Positions 1-10,517 of a stretch of DNA of 36,851 nt are shown here, in pieces. The DNA lies in NCBI GenBank assembly GCA_035316475.1, contig DATHJA010000017.1:1-36851 (forward strand), written 5' to 3'. The notes under the pieces were generated by a model that did no database searches, was not told the origin of the DNA, and was given only the letters and a program-made list of their open reading frames with translations. Both the position numbers and the translations under genes were made by a program. Each line of letters opens with the position of its first letter. Within the stretch, counting starts at the first letter, position 1. Source of the DNA: Edaphobacter sp. Lineage in GTDB: Bacteria > Acidobacteriota > Terriglobia > Terriglobales > Acidobacteriaceae.

Positions 1-1008
1 GAAGGAGAGGGCGTCGATGCGGTCTTCGATGCGGTGCTGGGCGGCGGTGATGAGTTCTGCCGCGGCGGAGGGTGTGGGGGCGCGGAGGTCGGCTACGAAG
101 TCGGCGATGGTGAAATCGGTCTCGTGGCCGATGGCGGAGACAATGGGGAGCTCGGACGCAGCGATAATGCGGGCCAGGGCCTCGTCGTTGAAGGAGGCGA
201 GGTCTTCCATGGAGCCGCCACCGCGGGCGATGAGGATGAGATCGACGAGCCCGGGGTTGCGATTGAACCAACGAATGCCTGCGGCGACGGAGCCGGGGCT
301 GGAGGCTCCCTGCATGACCGCCGGATAGACGAGCAGATTGAGCCGCGCGTGACGGCGGCGGACGACGGTGACGATGTCGCGGATGACGGCTCCCGCAGGT
401 GAGGTGACGATGCCGATGGTGCGCGGGAAGGGCGGGAGAGGCCGCTTGTGGGAGGCGTCGAAGAGGCCTTCCGCGAGGAGACGGGCTTTGAGCTGCTCGA
501 AGGCGAGCTGAAGGGAACCCGCGCCGCGAGGCTCCATGGTTTCGGCGATGAGCTGGAGCTGGCCGCGGGATTCGTAGACGGAGATGCGGCCGCGGACAAG
601 GACGGCGAGGCCGTCGGTGGGGCGGAAGCGGAGGAGCTGGGCCTGACGGCGGAAGAGGACGACGGGGAGTTGCGCGTCTGCGTCCTTGAGGGTGAAGTAA
701 AGGTGGCCGGAGGGAGCGGGGCGGCAGTTGGAGATCTCACCCTCGACCCAGAGATCAATGTGAGTGGATTCGATCTGCTGCCGGATGCTGCCGACGAGAT
801 CGGCTACGGTCCAGATGCGACGCTCAGGGATGGAAGGAGGGGGCTGGACTACAGGAACTTCAGGAGCCGGGGAGCTAGCTGCGTCGAAGAGGGAGAGGGT
901 TGCCTGGTCCGGGTCCGGAGCTGGGTCTGGAGTGCGGGAGGAGCGCGACTTGCCCCTGCCGGCTCGGAGGCTGGCGAGAGTAGGCGGATTTTTCTCCCGT
1001 TGAGACAT
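1..1008 (-). CDS. xseA: Exodeoxyribonuclease VII large subunit (runs off the window start, 3' end missing)
   Basis: Manual translation from ATG 1008 (not in ORF track): WVEGEISNCRPAPSGHLYFTLKD, IGIVTSPAGAVIRDI, ILIARGGGSMEDLASFNDE, SAIGHETDFTIADFVADLRAPTPSAAAE are hallmark XseA motifs. Confidence 0.97.
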   Translation of the reverse strand, partial: MSQREKNPPTLASLRAGRGKSRSSRTPDPAPDPDQATLSLFDAASSPAPEVPVVQPPPSIPERRIWTVADLVGSIRQQIESTHIDLWVEGEISNCRPAPSGHLYFTLKDADAQLPVVLFRRQAQLLRFRPTDGLAVLVRGRISVYESRGQLQLIAETMEPRGAGSLQLAFEQLKARLLAEGLFDASHKRPLPPFPRTIGIVTSPAGAVIRDIVTVVRRRHARLNLLVYPAVMQGASSPGSVAAGIRWFNRNPGLVDLILIARGGGSMEDLASFNDEALARIIAASELPIVSAIGHETDFTIADFVADLRAPTPSAAAELITAAQHRIEDRIDALSF

Positions 1009-1112
1009 ATAAGGCTGAGTCTAGCAGGGCGAAGCAGGTGCCGGTGAGCGAGAAGACCGGCTGTTCCAGCCCTCTGGAGGAGAAGAAAACGCTGGGGTAA
1101 AGGAAGATTCTT

Positions 1113-1337
1113 CTACCGGCGGAAGTGTCCAAGAAGCCAGAGAATCAGGCTCAGAACGACGCTAATAACGATGGAGCTGGCGAGCGGAAAGGATACTGTC
1201 CAGCCGCGCCCCTTCCAGGAGAAGTCGCCCGGCAGGCGCCCCAGAGGGATGTTCATTCGCGAGGAGAGAGTAAAGAGCACCCCGACGAAGACGAGGAGGA
1301 GGCCGAGACCGATCAGGATGCGTCCTAGATCTGACAT
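1113..1337 (-). CDS. DUF2905-family small membrane protein
   Basis: 74 aa, two hydrophobic helices flanking LGRLPGDF..G....FPLASSIVISVVLS, typical of DUF2905. Confidence 0.85.
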   Translation of the reverse strand: MSDLGRILIGLGLLLVFVGVLFTLSSRMNIPLGRLPGDFSWKGRGWTVSFPLASSIVISVVLSLILWLLGHFRR

Positions 1338-1364
1338 GGATCCGACATGGGACGAGCCTCAGAG

Positions 1365-1769
1365 TTAAGCGCTGGCGAGCATCGCGTTGGCTTCGCGAAG
1401 AAGATCGGCGGGCTGGCAGGGCTTGGTAAGCACCCCAACCGGCTTGAGCAGACGGTCGGCTTGCTGCCGCACACGATGCAGATTTGCGTAGAGACCGGTC
1501 AGAACGAGGATCTGGCAGGAAGGAAATTCCCGGTTGATATCGTCCACGAGAGCGATGCCGTCACGGCCGGGCATGGTGATATCGCACAGAAGCAGATCGG
1601 GAGAGAAGTCGCGCGCGCAGTCAAGCGCCTGTTCGGCGGAGTAGCGGGCACAGGCCTCGTAGCCGCTTCTTTCGAAGATCAGGCATAGCGTGTCGGCGAC
1701 CAGGCGATCGTCGTCCACAATCAGGACGCGCTGAGAAAGAGACTCCATATGGTGCGTTCTCGAAGACAT
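1365..1769 (-). CDS. Single-domain response regulator (receiver); start may be ATG 1751
   Basis: VLIVDDD, LLLCDITMPG (phospho-Asp intact), LVLTG, LTKP. Confidence 0.9.
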   Translation of the reverse strand: MSSRTHHMESLSQRVLIVDDDRLVADTLCLIFERSGYEACARYSAEQALDCARDFSPDLLLCDITMPGRDGIALVDDINREFPSCQILVLTGLYANLHRVRQQADRLLKPVGVLTKPCQPADLLREANAMLASA

Positions 1770-1959
1770 GACACAGGGGCATGGAGCACTTCGGATACCA
1801 GACCGGATAGAACTGTCTCAGAGTAATCAGAAGAGCCGAAGATGTCGAATGAAAAATCGATCAAATCACGAAAGCGATAGCGTCGAAATGGCGAAGATGG
1901 GGGCGCTCTGCTAAGGTGGCAAAAGGCTGAAGGAGACTGACGGAGAGGATGGCCTCACA

Positions 1960-3168
1960 TTGCATATTTTTGCACTGATCGCGGGCTGCATATGCTGCTC
2001 GGCTGTCTTCCTGGATGCCTTCCAGACCATCATCCTTCCCCGAAGAGCCACGGGGCGATTCCGGATTACGCGGATGTTCCTGATCGTGACCTGGAAGCCA
2101 TGGAAGGCGCTGGCGGAGCGAACCCGCTCGACCCGGGCCCGGGAGCAGATCTACAGCGTCTATGGCCCGCTTTCTCTGATCCTGCTGCTGCTGCTGTGGG
2201 CGATGCTGCTGATTCTGGGCTTCGGGCTCTTTTACTTTGCCATAGGGACTCCCTTTACCGATGTGATGGGAGTACAAACCCGGGCGGGGCTCTCGCAATT
2301 TCGCACAGCGCTGTATGTCAGCGGAACGACGCTGTTCACACTGGGGCTGGGCGATGTGGTTCCGCACAGCATGGCGGCCCGCACACTGATCATCTGCGAG
2401 TCGGGCGTGGGGCTGGGTTTTGTGGCGCTGGTGATCGGATATCTTCCGGTGCTGTATCAGGCTTTCTCTCGACGCGAGGTGAACATTGCGCTGCTGGACG
2501 CGCGGGCGGGATCGCCTCCGACGGCGGCAGAGCTGCTGCGCCGGCACAGCTTCGAAGGCAGCGAAGAAGCGCTGATCGACCTGCTGGCCGAGTGGGAGCG
2601 ATGGTCGGCGGAGATCCTGGAGTCGCACATCTCCTATCCGATCCTCTGCTACTACCGCTCGCAGCACGATAGCCAGAGCTGGCTTTCGGCGCTGGTGTCG
2701 ATCCTGGATACGTGCGCTCTGCTGATCTCGGTCCTCGAAGGGCCGGCGTCGCGACAGGCGCAGTTGACGTTCGTGATGGCGCGCCATGCCCTGATCGACC
2801 TGGGAAACGTCTTTCATATCCAGGAGCAGAGGGTGTGGGCGGAGCAGGAGGGAAGAGAGCGGCTGCCCCAGAAGGACTTCGACCGGCTGTGCGATGTGCT
2901 GGGAGAGGTAAGGCTGCGGTTATGCGGTGACAGAGCCTCGGCCGACCGGCTGCATACGATCCGCGCGTTATACGAGCCGCATGCTGGCGCGCTCTCGGAC
3001 TATCTGAGGATGCCGCTGCCGGCCTGGGTCCCGGTCGTCAAGGAGAAGGACCAGTGGCGGCTGCTCTCGAAGCTGCGCTCAGAGGCGCAAGCGGGTGGGC
3101 GACAGGGAGCTATGATCGGTGGCCGCGCCGTCGCTGCAGCGTTCCTGCACGACGAACACGACCACTGA
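1960..3168 (+). CDS. Potassium channel family (2TM-P) membrane protein
   Basis: TM helices flank the pore signature YVSGTTLFTLGLGDVVP; TTG start with GGAGAGG upstream. Confidence 0.85.
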   Translation: MHIFALIAGCICCSAVFLDAFQTIILPRRATGRFRITRMFLIVTWKPWKALAERTRSTRAREQIYSVYGPLSLILLLLLWAMLLILGFGLFYFAIGTPFTDVMGVQTRAGLSQFRTALYVSGTTLFTLGLGDVVPHSMAARTLIICESGVGLGFVALVIGYLPVLYQAFSRREVNIALLDARAGSPPTAAELLRRHSFEGSEEALIDLLAEWERWSAEILESHISYPILCYYRSQHDSQSWLSALVSILDTCALLISVLEGPASRQAQLTFVMARHALIDLGNVFHIQEQRVWAEQEGRERLPQKDFDRLCDVLGEVRLRLCGDRASADRLHTIRALYEPHAGALSDYLRMPLPAWVPVVKEKDQWRLLSKLRSEAQAGGRQGAMIGGRAVAAAFLHDEHDH

Positions 3169-3189
3169 GGATCATGAAGCTTATGAGGC

Positions 3190-3942
3190 TTAGGGGGCGA
3201 CGGGACCTGCGCCTGCGCCTGCGCCCGCTGCCGCGGTGGGGTTGAGCTTCTGTGCGGCGATCATGCCGGCCGCGCCCTTGGCGTCCTTGTCCTTGAGCTG
3301 GGCGTAGATCTTTTTGGCCATCTCAGGCTTGTTCTCGGCCTCGTAGAGGTCGGCGAGCTGCAACTGGGCCGTTCCGGAGGGAACCGCGGAGCTGGGGTGA
3401 GCGGTGAGATCGTTGTAGACCTCGATCGCCTGAGCATCGCGACTGGTCTGGCGGTAGAGCTGGGCGAGAGCCAGCTTCGCAAGCGAGGCGAGGTCGCTGT
3501 TCCAGCCACCGGCTACCTGCTTGAGGGTGCTTTCTGCCTGGCCACTCTGGCCCACCTCGACATAAGTGAGACCCGCGAAGTACCGGGCCAGCTTGCCGCT
3601 GGAGGTCATGCCGTAGTCGTCGGCGACCTTGACGAAGAGCTGGTTGGCGGCCTTGGCGCGCTCAGCGGCCGAGGCAAAGGTTTTGACGCCGGGAGGAATC
3701 TGCTGCCCGGGAGCGGCGAGCGGAGTCTGGTAGGCCTGCATCGCTGCGCCGAAGGCAGTGTCAGCCTGTCCACTGCGATGACTGAAGATGAAGGCGCCCA
3801 CGGCAAGGATGACGATCAGCACGGCGGCGATAGAGCCCACCAGGATGAGCCGGCGGCGGTTGTCACTAGCCCATTCGAGGCCGTGCTGGGCGGTGTCGAC
3901 AAACTGATCGTGTTTTAGAGCTTGGCGGGTTTGCTGGTCCAC
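3190..3942 (-). CDS. Membrane-anchored tetratricopeptide repeat protein (YfgM-like)
   Basis: N-terminal LKHDQF, one TM helix, TPR-like helical repeats; GTG 3942 has AAAGGAAG upstream (ORF track starts at 3984). Confidence 0.8.
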   Translation of the reverse strand: MDQQTRQALKHDQFVDTAQHGLEWASDNRRRLILVGSIAAVLIVILAVGAFIFSHRSGQADTAFGAAMQAYQTPLAAPGQQIPPGVKTFASAAERAKAANQLFVKVADDYGMTSSGKLARYFAGLTYVEVGQSGQAESTLKQVAGGWNSDLASLAKLALAQLYRQTSRDAQAIEVYNDLTAHPSSAVPSGTAQLQLADLYEAENKPEMAKKIYAQLKDKDAKGAAGMIAAQKLNPTAAAGAGAGAGPVAP

Positions 3943-4257
3943 TGGTTTGGATCTTCCTTTACCTGCTGCGGAGAATTTCCACACGGGAGCTGTGGCTCCG
4001 ACGCGAAGGTTCAGTTTATCAGCCGGAGGAGGTTTTCCTCTATCTCATAGGCACTCAAAGAGAAGTTTTGCCAAAAAAGCAATTCGGTGGGAAACTTTTC
4101 TTCCGTCTCCAACTCTTTCTTTTCTGGCGTTGAAGTCATTTGGCGCGTCCAATAGTCTGTGCAGATTAGCCTTTCCGTAGACGGCCGTTCCAAACGGACG
4201 GTTCAAAATAAGGAGGAAGCAAGTGTCGATCGTACCGGCACGCAGAAAAACCGATCT

Positions 4258-5508
4258 ATGCCAATAGAACCGCCAGTCCAGAGCGAGGTCGTAGACCGGC
4301 AGATCAATAAGCTTTCGGGCCTGCGATTTCAATGGCTCTCCTTTCCAAGAGAGCTTGAAGACCGCTTTGAGGCGGAGACTATCGCGCGCAGATCGAGACG
4401 CCTGTGGCTGGAAGGCTTCCTGGCAATCGTTCTGTTCGATCTCTTCCTGATTGCGGATTACTATGGCTCGCACGAGCAGTTCCGGCAGGCCTTCGCGGTC
4501 CGGCTGCTTATCGTAACGCCGATATGCCTGCTGGTGAACGCAAGCATGCTGCGCCAGCCAGGCAGGGTCTTTCGCGAGTCGAGCATCGCGGCGGCGGCAT
4601 GCCTGGCAGGGCTGACACAGCTCTATCTGGAATCGAACCGCAGCCGGGTGTCGTCGGCCTACGTGCAGATGGTGGTGCTGGCGGTCATCCTGTTCACCAA
4701 CATCGTCATGCGCCTCAGACTCCCCTACGCGCTCGCCACTTCGATCGTGATGCTGACAGGAGACGGCGTCTTCCTGTGGATGGATCGAATGCTGAGCCTT
4801 GGCGACAAGATCTTTGGGCTGGGACTGGCGATTGGAACGACTGCGGTGACCCTGGTCGCGAACTACAGCTCCTGCAGGGAGGAGCGGCTGAACTTTCTGC
4901 TTCATCTGCGCGGCGAGCTTCTGGTGGCCGACCTGAACCGGCTGAACGTGCAGCTGCTCCACAGGTCGGAGAGCGACGCGCTGACCGGGCTGGCAAACCG
5001 GCATTCGTTCGATACGCAGTACATCGAGATGTGGAAGAAGGCGACGGCCTCGAGTACAGCTCTGTCGGTGATTCTCGTCGATGTGGACTACTTCAAACAG
5101 CTGAACGACCGCTATGGCCATCTTTATGGCGACGAGGTCCTCAAGAGGATCGGTTCGCTGCTGCAACAGGCTCTGCGCGTGAAGGACGATTATGCTGCAC
5201 GATTTGGCGGCGAGGAGTTCGTCATCCTGCTGCCCGCCACTCCCGAGACCGCAGCCATTCAGGTAGCCGAACGGCTGCGCAAGATGGTCGAGCTGGCGGG
5301 CTTTCCTGCTCTTGACCCTTCCCAGGGGCCGTACGATACCAGCATTCGGGCCACGGTCAGCTGTGGCGTCGCGACGATCTATCCCACGACCCGCGATATA
5401 CCGGAGCGGTTGCTCGAGGCCACCGACAAGGCGCTGTACCAGGCCAAGGCAGAAGGTCGCAACCGGGTGTGCTGTGCGCCGCAGAAGGCGGGAGTGAGGC
5501 TCTCCTGA
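4258..5508 (+). CDS. Membrane-bound diguanylate cyclase (GGDEF domain); start uncertain (4159-4258)
   Basis: Several N-terminal TM helices, DALTGLANR, DVDYFKQLNDRYGHLYGD, ARFGGEEF, ALYQAKAEGRN. Confidence 0.93.
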   Translation: MPIEPPVQSEVVDRQINKLSGLRFQWLSFPRELEDRFEAETIARRSRRLWLEGFLAIVLFDLFLIADYYGSHEQFRQAFAVRLLIVTPICLLVNASMLRQPGRVFRESSIAAAACLAGLTQLYLESNRSRVSSAYVQMVVLAVILFTNIVMRLRLPYALATSIVMLTGDGVFLWMDRMLSLGDKIFGLGLAIGTTAVTLVANYSSCREERLNFLLHLRGELLVADLNRLNVQLLHRSESDALTGLANRHSFDTQYIEMWKKATASSTALSVILVDVDYFKQLNDRYGHLYGDEVLKRIGSLLQQALRVKDDYAARFGGEEFVILLPATPETAAIQVAERLRKMVELAGFPALDPSQGPYDTSIRATVSCGVATIYPTTRDIPERLLEATDKALYQAKAEGRNRVCCAPQKAGVRLS

Positions 5509-5510
5509 CG

Positions 5511-8501
5511 TTACTTGATATCGCGCCAGTTCTTCCCGACGCCGATCTCGGCAACGATGGGGACGGAGAACTCGGCAACATGCTCCATCTCGTGCTTCAC
5601 AAGCTGCTCGAGCTCCTCTGACTCCTGGGGAACGACGTCGAAGAGAAGCTCGTCATGGACCTGCAGGGTCATGCGCGAGCGCAGCTTGCGGCGAAGGATC
5701 TCGGCATCGATGCGGAGCATGGCCAGCTTGATGAGGTCGGCGGCGGTTCCCTGGAGCGGCGTGTTGACAGCCGTCCGCTCGGCGAAGCCGCGCATGTTGG
5801 CGTTGCGCGACTGGATGTCGGGGATGGGGCGGACGCGGCCGAAGGAGGTGCGGACGGCCTGTTCGCGACGGACGGTGGCGAGGATCTCTTCGATGAAGCG
5901 CTGCACGCCTTTGTAGCGCTCAAAGTAGCGCTCGATGTATTCGCGCGCTGTCTTCTGATCGATGCCGAGCTGCGCGGCAAGGCCGAAGGGAGAGATGCCG
6001 TAGACGATGCCGAAGTTGACGGCCTTGGCGCGATTGCGAGTCTCTTTGTCCATGGTGGCGGCGTCGACGCCGAAGACTTCGGAGGCGGTGAGGGTATGGA
6101 TGTCCTTGCCGGTGCGGTAGGCGTCGAGGAGCAGGGGGTCCTGCGAGAAGTGGGCCATCAGGCGCAGCTCGATCTGCGAGTAGTCGGCGGACATGAGCAC
6201 GTTGCCTGGGGCTGCGATAAAGGCGGCACGGATCTCGCGGCCCACGGTGGTGCGGATGGGGATGTTCTGCAGGTTGGGGTTGATGGACGAGAGGCGTCCG
6301 GTGGCTGCGCCTACCTGGTTGAAGGTAGTGTGGATGCGGCCTTCAGGATCGGCTAGCGAGGGCAGCGTGTCGAGGTAGGTGCCCTTGAGCTTCTGAAGCT
6401 GGCGGTACTCGATGACGAGCGCGGCGATGGGGTGCGTTTCGGCGAGCTCGTCGAGGACGTCCTGCGCGGTGGAGACGACCTTACCCTTGCCGTACTTCAT
6501 GGGCTTGGGGAGGAGCATCTTGTTGAAGAGCACGTCGCCGAGTTGCTTGGGCGAGTTGATGTTGAAGCGGTGACCACTCTCGGAGTAGATCTTCTCGGCG
6601 AGGTTGTCGATCTCGACGGCGAGGCGGGTGGACATCTCGCGGAGGAATTCGGGATCGATGCGAACACCGGTCTGCTCCATGCGGAGGAGGACAGAGACGA
6701 GAGGAAGATCGATGGTCTCGTAGACCTGCTGTAACGGCGAAACAGTTTTTTCTGTTTCCGGATCCGTGCTCTCTGCCTCCTTCTTGTCGGCGAAGAGCAT
6801 TTCGGTGGTGACGGCTCCTCCGAGCGCGGGATCGTCGGCGAGGATATTGTGCTCCGTGGGAGTGTAGTCGGCGATCTGCTGGCCGAGGACAGTGGCCAGC
6901 CGGACGATGGCTGCCGCGGCTTCGGGAAGACGCTTCGGGTCAGCAGGGTTTTCCTTCGTTGGTTGATGAATAAGCGTGCGACCTGCGCTACGGGCGGTGA
7001 TATCGGGAAGCGTGTGCGAGCCGTGCGTGGGGTTGATGAGGTAGCTGAGGAGCATAACATCGCTACGTATGCCGGCAAGCGTTATGTCGTGCGGGCCGAG
7101 AGCGCGGAGGACGGCCTTGAGGTCGTGGAGGTCTTTGGGAAGAGTGGGGTCGGTGAGGGCTTCTTTGATGCCGGGATCGTCAATGGAGACCTCGAGGGCG
7201 AAGTGATCGTTGACGGCGAGCCCGAGACGGCCGGCTGGGTCTTCCTGTTTTATGGGTGCCGGAATGATCGACTCTGTGGTGGATTGAGCACCGAAGAGGG
7301 ACATGTTCTCGGCGGGTGGAGGCTCGGGTTCGGCGCCGTCTTCGGTGGGTTCGGCGGCGATCTCTTCGGCGATGGCCTGTGCGTCTTCAGAGATGGCGAG
7401 GGCCAGGCCGTTGGGAAGTTTCGTCGCAGGGTTGATGGCGCGGGCCTCTTCGAGCAGGTGTTTGATCTGCACGACGGTGGGCTTTAGCTCGTAGGTGAGG
7501 ACGGTGGCATCGGCGGCAGGAGCCAGCTCTTTGAGCAGGGTGGTGAACTCAAGCTCGCCGAAGAGGTCGCGGCAGGCGGCGAGGTCGGGCGGCTGGGTAC
7601 GCATCGCATCGAGCGAGTACTCGATAGGGACCTCGGTGTGAATGGTGACGAGTTCTTTCGACAGCAGGATGTTGTCGCGGTTGTTGGCAAGGGACTCGCG
7701 GTAGGTCTTGCGCTTGATGGCGTCGGGCGTGGCAGTAGCGGCGTCGATGGCGGCTTCGACGGTGCCGAACTGCTGGATGAGTTCGACGGAGCCTTTGTCG
7801 CCGATGCCGGGGGCGCCGGGGATGTTGTCGACGGAGTCGCCGCGAAGGGCCATGACGTCGATGACACGCTCAGGAAGCACACCGAGATTGGCCTCGACAC
7901 CGGCGGGATCGAGGATGAGGTTGTCTTTGGTGGGGTTGAGGATGGAGACGTCTTCGGTGACGAGCTGCATCATGTCCTTGTCGGAGGAGACGACGTAGAC
8001 GTGGTGGCCGAGCGCGGCAAGCTTATGGGACAGCGTGCCGATGACGTCATCGGCCTCGAAGCCTTCGTAGTAGAGGATAGGAATGCGAAAGGCCTCGAGG
8101 GCGCGGCGGATGTAGGGCTGCTGCTGGATGAGGTCGGGTGGCGTCTCCGTACGATTAGCCTTGTAGCCGCCGTATTCGATGATCTCGAACTGCTGGGTCT
8201 TGATGTTGAATTTTTTGACGTCCTTCATCTGCGCGGCCATCTCGTTGCGATGGAGGGGAGCGCCGACGTCATAGATCGCAGCTAAATATTCAGGTTGAAA
8301 GTCCTTGCGCAGCTTGTTGATCATGTTGACGAAGACGTAGGTCGCCGCGGTGGGAATGCCGGTGCGCGTAGACATTGGCCGCGAGCGCTGCATGGCGTGA
8401 TAGGCGCGGAAGATGAAAGCCATCGAGTCGAGGAGGTAGATGGGGGGCTTCTTGCTTCCGGAGGTCTTCGGTTCAACAGATTTGGTGGGCGTCTTTGCCA
8501 T
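5511..8501 (-). CDS. polA: DNA polymerase I
   Basis: 5'-3' exo motifs (LLDS..FRAYHA, EADDVIGT, GDSVDNIPGAPGIG) and Pol A motifs (ATGRLSS..PNLQNIP, ADYSQIELR, KAVNFGIVYG, LQVHDEL). Confidence 0.99.
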   Translation of the reverse strand: MAKTPTKSVEPKTSGSKKPPIYLLDSMAFIFRAYHAMQRSRPMSTRTGIPTAATYVFVNMINKLRKDFQPEYLAAIYDVGAPLHRNEMAAQMKDVKKFNIKTQQFEIIEYGGYKANRTETPPDLIQQQPYIRRALEAFRIPILYYEGFEADDVIGTLSHKLAALGHHVYVVSSDKDMMQLVTEDVSILNPTKDNLILDPAGVEANLGVLPERVIDVMALRGDSVDNIPGAPGIGDKGSVELIQQFGTVEAAIDAATATPDAIKRKTYRESLANNRDNILLSKELVTIHTEVPIEYSLDAMRTQPPDLAACRDLFGELEFTTLLKELAPAADATVLTYELKPTVVQIKHLLEEARAINPATKLPNGLALAISEDAQAIAEEIAAEPTEDGAEPEPPPAENMSLFGAQSTTESIIPAPIKQEDPAGRLGLAVNDHFALEVSIDDPGIKEALTDPTLPKDLHDLKAVLRALGPHDITLAGIRSDVMLLSYLINPTHGSHTLPDITARSAGRTLIHQPTKENPADPKRLPEAAAAIVRLATVLGQQIADYTPTEHNILADDPALGGAVTTEMLFADKKEAESTDPETEKTVSPLQQVYETIDLPLVSVLLRMEQTGVRIDPEFLREMSTRLAVEIDNLAEKIYSESGHRFNINSPKQLGDVLFNKMLLPKPMKYGKGKVVSTAQDVLDELAETHPIAALVIEYRQLQKLKGTYLDTLPSLADPEGRIHTTFNQVGAATGRLSSINPNLQNIPIRTTVGREIRAAFIAAPGNVLMSADYSQIELRLMAHFSQDPLLLDAYRTGKDIHTLTASEVFGVDAATMDKETRNRAKAVNFGIVYGISPFGLAAQLGIDQKTAREYIERYFERYKGVQRFIEEILATVRREQAVRTSFGRVRPIPDIQSRNANMRGFAERTAVNTPLQGTAADLIKLAMLRIDAEILRRKLRSRMTLQVHDELLFDVVPQESEELEQLVKHEMEHVAEFSVPIVAEIGVGKNWRDIK

Positions 8502-8546
8502 AGCCTTTTGATGGTAGCGCGTTGCGCGGAGAGTGGTGGTAGAGAA

Positions 8547-8586
8547 GCGGATCTCTCCACTCCGCTACGCTTCGGTCGAGATGACA
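8547..8586. repeat. Extragenic palindromic (REP-like) element, copy 1
   Basis: GCGGATCTCTCCACTCCGCTACGCTTCGGTCGAGATGACA; imperfect hairpin with the same architecture as 9771-9823. Confidence 0.7.
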
Positions 8587-8599
8587 CGGTTTTGAGAGG

Positions 8600-9721
8600 T
8601 TACAGGATCAACATGCAGTCGCCATAGGAGAAGAAGCGGTAGCGCTCGCGGGCGGCGTGGTTGTAGGCGGCCAGCACCGCTTCCCTGTCTGCGAAGGCAC
8701 TGACCAACATAAGCAGCGTGGACTGCGGGAGATGGAAGTTGGTGAGCAGGCCGCTGACGACGCGGAACTGATAGCCGGGGCTGAGGAAGATGCTGGTCTC
8801 GCCGGAGTGGGGGTGAAGGCGGAGGCCTGCATGGGGCTCGAAGGTATCGGTGGACGCGATGTGGGCGCAGTGCTCCAGGGTGCGCGTGGTAGTGGTTCCG
8901 GCGGCGAGGATGCGGCGCTTTTCGCGCAGGGCCTGATTGATGGCCTCAGCAGTGGCAGCGGGAAGAGTGTAGTGCTCGGCGTGGAGATGAATGTCTTCGA
9001 CGTTTTCGGCGCGGACGGGCTGAAAGGTTCCCAGGCCGACATGAAGAGTGATGGTCTCGACCTGGACGCCGCGGGCGCGTATCCGGCCGAGGATCTCCGG
9101 AGTGAAGTGAAGACCCGCGGTGGGCGCGGCGGCTGAGCCGGATTCGTGAGACCTCGTCTTTTGGGCATAGACGGTCTGGTAACGCTCGCGGTCCTCGAGG
9201 GTGTCGCCGCGATGAATGTAGGGAGGCAGCGGCATGTGGCCGATGCGATCGAGGATGGCGCGGAAGTCTTCTGTGGGCTGAAAGCGCAGGGTGCGCTCGC
9301 CATATTCGTCAGCGGCAATCACCTCGGCCTCCAGAAGAGGGACGGAGGAATCGGAGGCGGCGAAGTGAAGACGCTCGCCGGGCTGCACCTTGCGGCCGGG
9401 GCGGACGAGGGCGGTCCACTCGTGCGGGCCTAGCTGCTGGGTGAGGAGAACTTCGACGCGTCCGGTGGGGTCGGGTGAGCTGGTCTGTGTGGCTGCTCCG
9501 CGGGCTCGCGTTGCATACAGACGCGCGGGGATGACGCGGCTGTCGTTGAGGATAAGCAGGTCGTCAGGGTGAAGGAGCTCTGGCAGGTTGCGGAAGAAGT
9601 CGTCGCGATACTCGCCTGCGGCGCGGTCGAGGACAAGCATGCGGCTGGAGCCTCGGACCGGGGGAGGCGTCTGCGCGATGAGCTCCTCGGGGAGATCGAA
9701 ATGGAAGTCGGCGACGCGCAC
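8600..9721 (-). CDS. queA: S-adenosylmethionine:tRNA ribosyltransferase-isomerase
   Basis: [69 protein letters not shown]. Confidence 0.99.
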   Translation of the reverse strand: MRVADFHFDLPEELIAQTPPPVRGSSRMLVLDRAAGEYRDDFFRNLPELLHPDDLLILNDSRVIPARLYATRARGAATQTSSPDPTGRVEVLLTQQLGPHEWTALVRPGRKVQPGERLHFAASDSSVPLLEAEVIAADEYGERTLRFQPTEDFRAILDRIGHMPLPPYIHRGDTLEDRERYQTVYAQKTRSHESGSAAAPTAGLHFTPEILGRIRARGVQVETITLHVGLGTFQPVRAENVEDIHLHAEHYTLPAATAEAINQALREKRRILAAGTTTTRTLEHCAHIASTDTFEPHAGLRLHPHSGETSIFLSPGYQFRVVSGLLTNFHLPQSTLLMLVSAFADREAVLAAYNHAARERYRFFSYGDCMLIL

Positions 9722-9770
9722 TGAATCAAGTTTAGAGCGAATTTGAGAGAGATTGTTGCGTGGTTGAACC

Positions 9771-9823
9771 GCAGGTCCTTCGACTGCGCCTTTTGCTTCG
9801 CAAAAGCTCCGCTCAGGATGACA
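9771..9823. repeat. Extragenic palindromic (REP-like) element, copy 2
   Basis: GCAGGTCCTTCGACTGCGC-CTTTTGCTTCGCAAAA-GCTCCGCTCAGGATGACA; shares GATGACA end and stem layout with copy 1. Confidence 0.7.
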
Positions 9824-9825
9824 CT

Positions 9826-10467
9826 TCAGGGGTTAGTCTCGGCGAGTTGTACTGCACGGTCGAGCGCGGACTGCACCTGCTCCCGATCGGCAACCACAGG
9901 GAGGGTCCAGGCGACAGTAACTTTGGAGAAGGGCTTGGGGATCATGAAGCGGTCCCAGGAGCGGAGGATCCAGGCACGGCTGGGGTGAAGATAGACGGCG
10001 CCAACGGGAGCATCGACCAGCGCCGCGAGCTGTGTGACGCCGGGCTTGGCCTTCAGCGCGGGGCCGCGCGGACCATCGACGGTGATGGCGATGTAGTTTT
10101 TCTCATCGTAGGCGCGTTGCAGGTTGCGCAGGCCGACGGCTCCGTCGCGCGAGCTGGAACCACGGATAGCGACAAAGCCTAGCCGCTCCGCCGTGCGGGC
10201 GATCAGCTCGCCGTCGAAGCTGCGGCTGATGAGGATGTGCAGATTGCCGTTGCGGAAGCGCCATACGCAGGCCAGCAGGCAGCGGTGCCAGATGGCGTAG
10301 ATCAAGGGCGGTGGCGTGTGGTACTGGGGGATCATGCCTGGCTCGCAGACATCCTCGTACCGCAGCGTCACCCCGAGCAGGCAGATGACCATGTAGGCCA
10401 GCGGCGGGATGATGGCGAGCATGAGGCGCTGCTTGAAGGTGTAGCTCTGGGCTGCGGATTCAGGCAC
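9826..10467 (-). CDS. DUF374 / lysophospholipid acyltransferase family protein
   Basis: [43 protein letters not shown]. Confidence 0.9.
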   Translation of the reverse strand: MPESAAQSYTFKQRLMLAIIPPLAYMVICLLGVTLRYEDVCEPGMIPQYHTPPPLIYAIWHRCLLACVWRFRNGNLHILISRSFDGELIARTAERLGFVAIRGSSSRDGAVGLRNLQRAYDEKNYIAITVDGPRGPALKAKPGVTQLAALVDAPVGAVYLHPSRAWILRSWDRFMIPKPFSKVTVAWTLPVVADREQVQSALDRAVQLAETNP

Positions 10468-10517
10468 GTAACGAGTTTACTTTCCTGTTCGAACCGATGT
10501 AATCAGGGCCGTCATTT

